Shown one piece after another: positions 15,281-23,306 of a stretch of 25,907 bases of DNA; position 1 is the stretch's first letter, and each line of letters starts with the position of its first letter. Source of the DNA: a virus (lineage: Duplodnaviria > Caudoviricetes); the IMG/VR virus record IMGVR_UViG_3300030102_003317, positions 1-25,907 of that record; one strand, written 5' to 3'. The notes below the pieces were generated by a model. The model ran no database searches. It was not told the origin of the DNA and saw nothing but the letters and a program-made list of their open reading frames with translations. Made by a program: the position numbers and the translations under genes.

Positions 15281-18200
15281 ATGGATAATTTTGAAGACAA
15301 TAAACTAAATAAAGTTTCTATAGTTAACACGCCATCTGGTGGAAAACAAGTTCAAAACTTTAATCTTAATGCTGCTAGATCTGCTTTATATGATTTAGAT
15401 TATTCTACTGAAGACGCTCAAATGGCTATTGCACGTAGATTAGCAAAAGAAACGGGTTTTAATATTGACAAAGCTTTTAATGCAGGTTTTAACACAGAAG
15501 AAGTTATAAGTAAGCTTACTGGAATAAAGTCTGAAGGTTTTGTTCCTACAGCAATAGAAAGTTTTTCTGAAAACATACTTCCCGGAACAGCCGCAGGATT
15601 TGGTTTTAAAAAAGGTTTTGATGTTACTAAACCATTAGGTAAATTAGCTCGTGGAAAACCCTTACCTTTTCAAGCGGGAATTTTTGGTACACGGTTGATA
15701 AGTGGGTTAGTGGGAGCAGCTTTATTTGGGGGAACAACAAAGGCTGGACAAGATATAGTAGGGGAAAAATTAGGGTTAGACATGGACCCACAAAGGTTAG
15801 CTTCAGATAGGCCCGCAGAAGTTTTTGGTGAAACGGCGGCTTATTTTACTGGGGGCATAATACCTACAAACAGATTATTAGCGACTATTGGAGATGACTT
15901 TTCTATTTTACCTGCAATTAAATTAGCTGAAAATGTTTCAGCAGGTGCTAAAACATATAGTGTTCCACCTAGTTCTTTTGGTGCAAAATATGGTGAAGGT
16001 ATTAGTGCTGCTTTGAGGGATTTAGGTAAATTAGCCCGTGAAAAACCTTCAAAACTTGTAATTCCAGAATTAGGTGCTTCAGCGGCGGCATCTGCGGCAG
16101 GTGCAGGATCTGAATTTGTTTTTCCAGAAGATAATGTTAGTAGATTTTTAGCAGAAACAAGTGCGGCTATAATTTCTCCTTTTCGTATTGTTACATCCGT
16201 GGCTGCTAATGCTTCTGGAGGATTTCAAAAAATATTAGGTAAATTTTCAAAAGAAAAAAGAGCGGAGTCTGTTGCTAATTATTTAGACGAACAATTAAGT
16301 AAATTAGCGGACCCTGAAAGCAAAGTATTTACACAATATCAACGAGGCACGGCCGCCGAATCTTTAAGTCAAATTGACGAAGCTGCAAGAACTAACACAG
16401 GTTTAATGGGTTTAGAACTTGTAGATGAATTTGGTAATCCACTACCTTTTACTCCCGGTCAAAGATCTGGAAGCGTTCTTTTACAAATATTAGAAAATTT
16501 AATTAGTCAAAGATCCGGTAATGAAGCTTTAAGACAAAACATAAAATCTTCAGCACAAGAAGGATTAAATTCTATCAATCGTTTAATAGTTGGATTAAAC
16601 AGAGAAGGTTCAGATGAAGCTTTAATTACTGCGGCAGATTTAGAAGTACGTGGCATTGAAAGCATATTGCAATTAGAGGCAAACAATGTTGCAGCTAATT
16701 ATCTTAATTTTATTGAAAAATTATCTAACATAGATGAAACAACAATAACCCCTGATAACGTACTTAGAATAAAAGAACGATCTAGTAGAGTTGCAAAGGA
16801 ACGTTTAGATAATGCTTTAAATAATTCTAAAAAAGTTGAAAATTCTTTGTATGCGGACATTAAAATGACGGAAACTATTAAACCCGTTGAACTTATGAAA
16901 GCAATACAAGACGATATGGCACAGTACAGTGTTGATGCGGTTTTAGACGGCGTTAAAATTCCTAAAGCTAATTTACCCTTGGCTGAATCTTTAATTAGTT
17001 CTAATAAACAAAAACAAGCTAAAGAAATTGATCAAAAAATAACGCCTAAAACAAATCGTCTTGAAAATTTAAATTTACGTTCTCAAAATATATTTGAACG
17101 GGGCGAGCGAAAAATAACAAAAGAAACCGTTGATAAAAGATTTGAAATAGGGGTTCGCAAAGATGTAGTGCCCACTAATATATATCAACAAACTTTAAAT
17201 CAACTTTACGATTTAATAGCTCCAAATAAATCTTTTAATGAGTTAAATAGCGAAGATTTTCAAAAGGCTCTTCAGCAATTAGAAAAAACAGATAAAAGAA
17301 AAACATCGGGATTTACTTTTGATCCATCTGTTACAGGTGTAAAAGGTACAAAAGAAGATGTTTTACAAATGTCAGAAATAATTTCTACAAAGCTTAATAA
17401 ACAACAACGTAATGATGTTATTGGAATTTTAAAAAATAACATCAAAATAAACAATTTAATTTCTGAAATAGATGGATTACTTGATCAACGTAAAATAATT
17501 TTAGATAGACCTGATGAACTTGAACCTATTACATTAAACAAGTTAACTAAAACAAGAACACAAATTAGAAAAGATAAAGAAGATGCTTTAGCTAAAAATG
17601 AAAAAAATCTAGCTAGACGTTATGGCAATATAGAAAAAGCTATTACAAGAGATTTATTAGCTTCTGTAGGTTATCGAACAAGTCCAGACGGTGAAGTAGT
17701 GCCGTCAGATACAAAAATAATTTCTGAAGTTATGAAATCAGAACAAGGTAAAAAACAGTTACGAGCGTATGTTTTTACTTTTTTAAGGAACGAAGCTTTC
17801 GAACGGTCTTTTGCAGGTAAACTTAATAAAAAACAAAGAGATAAAGTTAATATAGTTGACGCTGATACAGCACTTCATTATTTATTTAGAAACGATGATG
17901 ATTCTTCCGCTGTTTACTATGAACAGTTAGATAATGCAATAAATTTTTTAAATAGAATGACTAAACAAGAGTTAAAAGGTGTTCAAGGAGAAACGGTTCT
18001 TGACCCAAAAAACCCTTTACTTAAAGAACTTTCTACAGATATTTTAGACGATACTGTTACGTTTAATAAATCTGTAACAGATTTTATAAGAGCTTCCTTA
18101 TTTACAAAACTTCAACCAGATGAAGCACTTCTTGGAAAAATACAAAAAGGTGTAAGAAGTAGAGAAGATGATACAAGTTTATTTCCTAAATCTTTAACGG

Positions 18201-19483
18201 AAGAAGCAATACCTACGATTACAAGAAAAAATTTAGATAATTTTTTTAATAGGTATAATCGTGTTTTTGAATTAAACCCGGAAATGGTTGGTTTAAAAGC
18301 GGATTTAGAAAATCCAATAACAAGAGAAATATTACAAAGAATGTTTAACGTTGATGTTCCTTCTTTTAGAAAAGTAAACATGTTTGAAAGTCCTAATACG
18401 TACATAAGTAGTTTACAAAATAATGAACGATTTGGTCAACTTATAAAAAATTCACCAACCACAGTTATTCATAATATTTTGACTACAAAAAGTGTTAAAA
18501 CACCAGAAGCTCAATTAAAAAATTTAATTGATTTTGCAAAAAATCCGACTAAAACGGAAAACACGGTTCCTGTAAAAGATAATTTAGAGGCCATTAAATA
18601 TGCGGTTGTGGATTTTGCATTAAAAAGAACGGCTTTTAATGCTAGCAAAAATTTAGATAGTGACAACGTTGATATGGCACCTTTTTTTAACACTTTTTTT
18701 AAAGAAGGTATTTTAAAAAATAAAAATAAACCCAAACAAAATTTAATTGATTTTTTAGTTCAAGAAAATGTTGTAGAAAAAGGCTTTAAAAATCGTTTAA
18801 TACAATTTCAAAAAGCATCAAAGAATTTAAATTTTTCAAGAGATATACAACTTACAGATAAAGATTTAACAGATTTTTTAGAGGGCAATGGTTTGCTCAT
18901 GCAGTATCTTGTTAAAGTATTTGGCGCATTAGGTGGAAGAAGTTTAAATACAGGAACACTTCAAGCACCGCAGTTTGGAGCTTCCATAGCCGATAATTTT
19001 ATTAACAACATGCCTAATTTACTAATCAACGATTTAATTGTGTCGGCATTGTCGCCTTCCATAACAAATGATAGTGTCTTTTCGAGTATAGTAAATAAAT
19101 CTAAAAAAACACAGCAAAAAGTGGATGCGGTAGAAAATTTAGGCTTTATGGTAGGTAAATTGTTAAGTTTTCCTTTCAATCTTAGCTCAATCCTATCTAG
19201 AACTTCTGTTGATGCAGTTTCAAATGAAGACGCGGATGAATTGAATACAGAGCCTGATAATCAAACTTCTATTAAACCTTTTATATCAAATGAAACAAAT
19301 TTGCAGCCTGTAACACAATCCGCATCACCGCCATCAGCATCATCGGAACCGACTAACATTGTTCAAGCACCTTCACAACCAATAAATCGTGAAGCATACG
19401 CCGCTATGTTTCCTGACGATATAACAAGTCCTTTAATAGAACAACAAAATATTGGAAAAGGAATTGGATCTTTGATAGGTTAA
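15281..19483 (+). CDS. Large internal virion/ejection protein (~1400 aa; T7 gp16 / P22 gp16-like role)
   Basis: Largest and last gene of the cluster; Gly/Ala-rich hydrophobic helices in the N-terminal quarter, helical body, C-terminal YAAMFPDD...GIGSLIG. ATG 15281 is preferred to TTG 15269. Confidence 0.7.
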   Translation: MDNFEDNKLNKVSIVNTPSGGKQVQNFNLNAARSALYDLDYSTEDAQMAIARRLAKETGFNIDKAFNAGFNTEEVISKLTGIKSEGFVPTAIESFSENILPGTAAGFGFKKGFDVTKPLGKLARGKPLPFQAGIFGTRLISGLVGAALFGGTTKAGQDIVGEKLGLDMDPQRLASDRPAEVFGETAAYFTGGIIPTNRLLATIGDDFSILPAIKLAENVSAGAKTYSVPPSSFGAKYGEGISAALRDLGKLAREKPSKLVIPELGASAAASAAGAGSEFVFPEDNVSRFLAETSAAIISPFRIVTSVAANASGGFQKILGKFSKEKRAESVANYLDEQLSKLADPESKVFTQYQRGTAAESLSQIDEAARTNTGLMGLELVDEFGNPLPFTPGQRSGSVLLQILENLISQRSGNEALRQNIKSSAQEGLNSINRLIVGLNREGSDEALITAADLEVRGIESILQLEANNVAANYLNFIEKLSNIDETTITPDNVLRIKERSSRVAKERLDNALNNSKKVENSLYADIKMTETIKPVELMKAIQDDMAQYSVDAVLDGVKIPKANLPLAESLISSNKQKQAKEIDQKITPKTNRLENLNLRSQNIFERGERKITKETVDKRFEIGVRKDVVPTNIYQQTLNQLYDLIAPNKSFNELNSEDFQKALQQLEKTDKRKTSGFTFDPSVTGVKGTKEDVLQMSEIISTKLNKQQRNDVIGILKNNIKINNLISEIDGLLDQRKIILDRPDELEPITLNKLTKTRTQIRKDKEDALAKNEKNLARRYGNIEKAITRDLLASVGYRTSPDGEVVPSDTKIISEVMKSEQGKKQLRAYVFTFLRNEAFERSFAGKLNKKQRDKVNIVDADTALHYLFRNDDDSSAVYYEQLDNAINFLNRMTKQELKGVQGETVLDPKNPLLKELSTDILDDTVTFNKSVTDFIRASLFTKLQPDEALLGKIQKGVRSREDDTSLFPKSLTEEAIPTITRKNLDNFFNRYNRVFELNPEMVGLKADLENPITREILQRMFNVDVPSFRKVNMFESPNTYISSLQNNERFGQLIKNSPTTVIHNILTTKSVKTPEAQLKNLIDFAKNPTKTENTVPVKDNLEAIKYAVVDFALKRTAFNASKNLDSDNVDMAPFFNTFFKEGILKNKNKPKQNLIDFLVQENVVEKGFKNRLIQFQKASKNLNFSRDIQLTDKDLTDFLEGNGLLMQYLVKVFGALGGRSLNTGTLQAPQFGASIADNFINNMPNLLINDLIVSALSPSITNDSVFSSIVNKSKKTQQKVDAVENLGFMVGKLLSFPFNLSSILSRTSVDAVSNEDADELNTEPDNQTSIKPFISNETNLQPVTQSASPPSASSEPTNIVQAPSQPINREAYAAMFPDDITSPLIEQQNIGKGIGSLIG

Positions 19484-19488
19484 ATTAA

Positions 19489-19974
19489 ATGCCTGATCCC
19501 TTAACTGTTACAGCAGCAATTACTTTAGCTAGCAAAGCAGTTAATCAAGTTACTAAGTTAGTTCAAAGTGGTAGAGAATTAGAAGATTGTGTAGGACATA
19601 TAAGCCGCTGGTTTGAGTGTTGCTCAGATATAAATAAAGCTCGTGAACGAGCGGAAAATCCACCATTTTTTAAAAAACTTACAAACGCTAAGTCTGTAGA
19701 ATCAGAAGCTCTTGATGCTATGATTGCACAAAAAAAGATGCGTGATCAACGAGCACAGTTACGTGAGCTTATTATGTGGCAATGGGGCAAGGACGAATGG
19801 GATAATCTTCTTGCTCAAGAAAAAGAAATACGGGAAAGACGGGCTAAAGCCATACATAATCGTATTATTTTAAGACAAAAAATATTTGATTTTGTTATTG
19901 GGATATTAGGAATAATTGCAGTTTTAGGAATAATTATAGGATTTATTTGGGTTATTTCACTGGGCGGTGAATAA
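19489..19974 (+). CDS. Conserved phage protein with C-terminal transmembrane helix
   Basis: Helical soluble region followed by FVIGILGIIAVLGIIIGFIWVI; TAATG coupling to the next gene. Confidence 0.7.
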   Translation: MPDPLTVTAAITLASKAVNQVTKLVQSGRELEDCVGHISRWFECCSDINKARERAENPPFFKKLTNAKSVESEALDAMIAQKKMRDQRAQLRELIMWQWGKDEWDNLLAQEKEIRERRAKAIHNRIILRQKIFDFVIGILGIIAVLGIIIGFIWVISLGGE

Positions 19975-20183
19975 TGCTTCTTGTATTTATGCTCACAACC
20001 TTTTTAGATGGACGGCCACAACCTGATAAATCTTATTGGTACGACATTAACAGATGTCAGTATTTTGCTAAAAGCATCCGGCGACAAAACTATTGGCTGA
20101 GTCAAAAATATAACCAACCTGAAATCGGTGCAACCTGTATGCCCGTTATGGTAAATCCAAATACGACAAAAGTTTGGCGTTAA
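19974..20183 (+). CDS. Small two-cysteine protein with hydrophobic N-terminus
   Basis: MLLVFMLTTFL...INRCQYF...ATCMPV; translationally coupled to the upstream membrane protein. Confidence 0.65.
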   Translation: MLLVFMLTTFLDGRPQPDKSYWYDINRCQYFAKSIRRQNYWLSQKYNQPEIGATCMPVMVNPNTTKVWR

Positions 20184-20347
20184 AGTTTACTTTCATCTTT
20201 TACGGAGGTTTTTAAAATATCTAAAGATTTTTGTAAGTTTTTCTCTGAGTTTACACTAGGATCTTCAGATAACGTATCTTTCATTGATTTAAAAATAAAA
20301 TTTAAATCGTCTTTTTTTATATAGTAACAGGTATATACTTGTGTCAC
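20180..20347 (-). CDS. Small hypothetical protein (55 aa) downstream of the SNF2 helicase
   Basis: Hand-translated: AAGGA SD, GTG at 20347, MTQVYTCYYIKKDDLNFIFKSMKDTLSEDPSVNSEKNLQKSLDILKTSVKDESKL-stop; fills the gap exactly. Below the ORF-track cut-off. Confidence 0.65.
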   Translation of the reverse strand: MTQVYTCYYIKKDDLNFIFKSMKDTLSEDPSVNSEKNLQKSLDILKTSVKDESKL

Positions 20348-20359
20348 GTAAAATTTCCT

Positions 20360-21814
20360 TTAAATTAACCAATCTCTTGTTTTTTCACCTAAAACTTCTG
20401 AACTTATATTTATTTTTGATTTAAGTGCATTCAATATCTTTTCATCTATGGTTCCAATACTTACTAAATCAATGTATGTAACAGGACTTTCTTGACCTAT
20501 ACGATGCGGTCTATCTTCTGATTGCAACCTAATTTCTAAATCATAAGCATTAGAAAAATAAATTACCGTAGTGGCGGCAGTTAACGTTAAACCAAATCCC
20601 CCTGTTTTTGGTTGTCCTACAAAAAATCGTAAAGACGAATTTATATCTTGAAATTGTTCAACTATTTTTTGTCTTTCATTTTGTGGAGTGCCACCATAAT
20701 AAATTGCCGTCGAATCGTTTCCAAAACGACGGCGCAAGGCTTCAGCAACTTGTAAAACATCATGCGTCCATGTTGCCCAAATTATTGCTTTTCCTTGTAA
20801 TTCATCTACTGTTTCTAACAAACTATCCAGTCTATTATTTTTTATGGGTTGTATTGTGTTTTCGTCTGGCTGTAAATGACCGCAAACAATTTGTTGTAAA
20901 CGCATAATTTGAGTTAAAACACTTTGGGTAGTTGATAATTCTCCGTTATCAAATTGAGCTAAAGCAAGACTTTTCATTTGCTTATATAAATTTTTTTGTT
21001 CTGTAGTCATTTGAACTTCGCGCAACATATAAATTTTTTTGGGTAAATCTAAACAATCATCTTTTAAAACACGTTCAGAAAAACAATCTATTTTTGTATT
21101 TAATTCATCTAATCGCTGATAACCCGTAATTTCTCTAAAACTGCGTGGGCCTAACGTTCTTTGACGAACCACGGCATAACGATTTTGAAATGTGAAAAAA
21201 TTTTTAAAACCGAGTAATTTAGAATTAAGCACTTCACATTGACTATATAAATCTAAGGGACTTTTTGTAATCGGACTACCGGTAAGAATGCGTTTAAATT
21301 TTGCAATTTTTGATAGTTTAATAACATTTTTTGTACGCAACGCTTTATAATTTTTTATTGTTGTTGATTCATCTACTATTAAAAAGTTGTCTGGATTTTC
21401 TTTAAAATATCTTAATGAGGTCATTACACCCTTGGTTGTTGACATAGCTTCGATGTTCATAATTAAAATATGCAAAAATCCCGGTTCACGGTTCTTTCTA
21501 AAAACTAAATCTCGCATAGTTTCTTGAAACTTTTTTGTCATGTTAGGTTGCCAACGCACCATTTTAATTTTAATTTTTTCCGACAAATGTTGCGGAATTT
21601 CCTTAGAATACCAGTTGTCAAAAACACCTTTTGGCGCTAAAACCAAAACGGTATCTATTTTATTTTTTTGAAATAAAGTGCCAAAAGTATCTATAGCTAC
21701 TTTTGTTTTTCCTGTACCCATTTCCATAAAAAGAGCAAATTCTTTTTTATCCCAACTTTTATCAAAAGCAGTTTGTTGATGTTTATAGGCTTTTGTTTTG
21801 CTTTTATATTCCAT
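20360..21814 (-). CDS. SNF2-family (SF2) helicase/ATPase
   Basis: Walker A MEMGTGKT, Walker B IVDEST, motif III LTGSP, motif V GGFGLTL, motif VI QSEDRPHRIGQ; GGAGG SD. Confidence 0.92.
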   Translation of the reverse strand: MEYKSKTKAYKHQQTAFDKSWDKKEFALFMEMGTGKTKVAIDTFGTLFQKNKIDTVLVLAPKGVFDNWYSKEIPQHLSEKIKIKMVRWQPNMTKKFQETMRDLVFRKNREPGFLHILIMNIEAMSTTKGVMTSLRYFKENPDNFLIVDESTTIKNYKALRTKNVIKLSKIAKFKRILTGSPITKSPLDLYSQCEVLNSKLLGFKNFFTFQNRYAVVRQRTLGPRSFREITGYQRLDELNTKIDCFSERVLKDDCLDLPKKIYMLREVQMTTEQKNLYKQMKSLALAQFDNGELSTTQSVLTQIMRLQQIVCGHLQPDENTIQPIKNNRLDSLLETVDELQGKAIIWATWTHDVLQVAEALRRRFGNDSTAIYYGGTPQNERQKIVEQFQDINSSLRFFVGQPKTGGFGLTLTAATTVIYFSNAYDLEIRLQSEDRPHRIGQESPVTYIDLVSIGTIDEKILNALKSKINISSEVLGEKTRDWLI

Positions 21815-21827
21815 AAGGATCCTCCAC

Positions 21828-21856
21828 TTGACATATACAAGAATATACTATAGTGT
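21828..21856 (+). promoter_or_regulatory. Sigma70-type promoter for the replication operon
   Basis: Consensus TTGACA (21828-21833), 17 nt, TAGTGT (21851-21856); an alternative TATAGT lies at 15-nt spacing. AGGAG SD precedes ATG 21911. Confidence 0.7.
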
Positions 21857-21868
21857 CGATATCTTCAA
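21840..21868 (-). promoter_or_regulatory. Candidate sigma70-type promoter for the SNF2 helicase, overlapping the + promoter
   Basis: Minus strand TTGAAG (21868-21863), 17 nt, TATTCT (21845-21840), just upstream of the GGAGG SD. Confidence 0.5.
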
Positions 21869-21910
21869 GGCTTTTAAGTCTTTAACCACGACACAAAAAG
21901 GAGAGAAAAC

Positions 21911-22501
21911 ATGTCTAAAGATTTTATGAAAATGTTAGAAGAAGACTCCAACGATTCATCTAAGTTAAAAAACTTAGGTAATGAGTTACACACTGTATCT
22001 GAAATGGTCAGTGAGTTAGAAAACATTGATAGTCAAATAGAATTATTTGAACAGAATCTAAAAGAAGCAAAAAACAACCGTTACAAACTTGTAACAGAAT
22101 CCTTACCGGCCTTACTTGCAGAATTAAATTTATCCGAACTCAAGATGGAAGATGGGTCAATGATTTCTGTAAAACAAGTCGTAGCAGGGTCTATTAAAGT
22201 AGCAGACAGGCCACAAGCTTTTCAATGGTTACGCGATAATGGTCATGGTGATTTAGTCAAACATGTCATTTCCGTTTCTTTTGGTGCAGGGGAGGATGAC
22301 ATAGCACAGAACACAAAAGCTTTGCTATCAGATCATTTAAATGCAAATTCAAAAGGCTTGGCCGTAGATGACAAAGAAACGGTGCATAACCAAACACTTA
22401 ACGCTTTCTTAAGACAACTTAATGAAAACGGAGAGGAAATTCCTGCGTTTTTTAATCCTTTTATTTCACAAGAAGCAAAACTCAAACGAGGTAAAAAATA
22501 A
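21911..22501 (+). CDS. Conserved phage replication-region protein of unknown function
   Basis: N-terminal coiled coil, then AFQWLRDNGHGDLVK and VHNQTLNAFLR motifs; strong SD; first gene of the operon. Confidence 0.7.
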   Translation: MSKDFMKMLEEDSNDSSKLKNLGNELHTVSEMVSELENIDSQIELFEQNLKEAKNNRYKLVTESLPALLAELNLSELKMEDGSMISVKQVVAGSIKVADRPQAFQWLRDNGHGDLVKHVISVSFGAGEDDIAQNTKALLSDHLNANSKGLAVDDKETVHNQTLNAFLRQLNENGEEIPAFFNPFISQEAKLKRGKK

Positions 22502-23289
22502 TGAATGGTAAACAAGTTACAAAAAAAAGTAATTCACAAATGTCTAAAATATCAATGTTCGAAGAAGATGCCGGAGCTGGTGTAGGAAATTTAGGTCAAG
22601 AAGATTTAGCCTTGCCTTTCCTTAAATTATTGCAGAAAAATAACGCAACAGATTTTACAAAATCGGATGGTAACGTTGCTTCTCCCGGAGATATTCTTAA
22701 CACAGTTTCTAGTGAAATTTACTCTGGAAAAGATGGGTTAAGAGTAATCCCGTGCGCTTATCAGCGAAGGTGGATTGAATGGTCACCAATGAACGATGGT
22801 CAAAAAGGCCCTGTTAATATATTTTTACCGCATGAAAAACTGCCAAAATATGAACGGTCTCCAGAAGATAACAAAGAATACATTGTAGATGGTGGGGGTA
22901 ATTATCTCGAAGATACACACAATCATTTCATATTGGTGGTAGACGATGACAATATTGCAAGCAGTGCTTTAATCGCTATGCGTTCTACTGGATTGAAGAA
23001 ATCAAAAAAATGGAACAGTCAGATAGCTTCTTTGGTACTTCAAGGTCAAAACGGGCCGTTTGTACCACCGCGTTATTCTCACATTTATAATTTAAAAACT
23101 GTGCTGGAACAGGGTAAAAATAATTATACTTGGTGGAACTGGGAAATAACTCGTGAGGGTCCTATTCAAAGTGATGAACTTTATGCTCAAGCTAAAATGT
23201 TTAGCAAGTCTTGTGATGCGGGAGATGTGGTGGTCAAACACGAAAAGGACGACATTTCTGAAAATTCTAGTAGCGATGTACCCTTTTAG
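22501..23289 (+). CDS. Putative single-stranded DNA-binding protein
   Basis: Beta-rich with aromatic residues, acidic tail ending DVPF (SSB-type tip), directly upstream of the primase. Confidence 0.6.
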   Translation: MNGKQVTKKSNSQMSKISMFEEDAGAGVGNLGQEDLALPFLKLLQKNNATDFTKSDGNVASPGDILNTVSSEIYSGKDGLRVIPCAYQRRWIEWSPMNDGQKGPVNIFLPHEKLPKYERSPEDNKEYIVDGGGNYLEDTHNHFILVVDDDNIASSALIAMRSTGLKKSKKWNSQIASLVLQGQNGPFVPPRYSHIYNLKTVLEQGKNNYTWWNWEITREGPIQSDELYAQAKMFSKSCDAGDVVVKHEKDDISENSSSDVPF

Positions 23290-23306
23290 TTTGAAAGTAC
23301 AATTAG

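Noticed and set aside
15260-15281. +1 frameshift at the T7 run fusing the 232-aa and 1400-aa ORFs
   Set aside because: The frames overlap for only a few codons and the downstream gene has its own ATG 4 nt after the stop with a plausible N-terminus. Not strictly excluded; reads and homologues would settle it.
366-19179. Many minus-strand ORFs of 60-125 aa, and the + ORFs at 3226, 20608, 23153 and 25367
   Set aside because: They lie within or across longer, motif-bearing genes and read as antisense or alternate-frame shadows of biased codons.
21867-21883. Short hairpin aaggct-ttta-agtctt as a terminator
   Set aside because: Weak stem with a G-T pair and only a short T run, located at the predicted transcription start.
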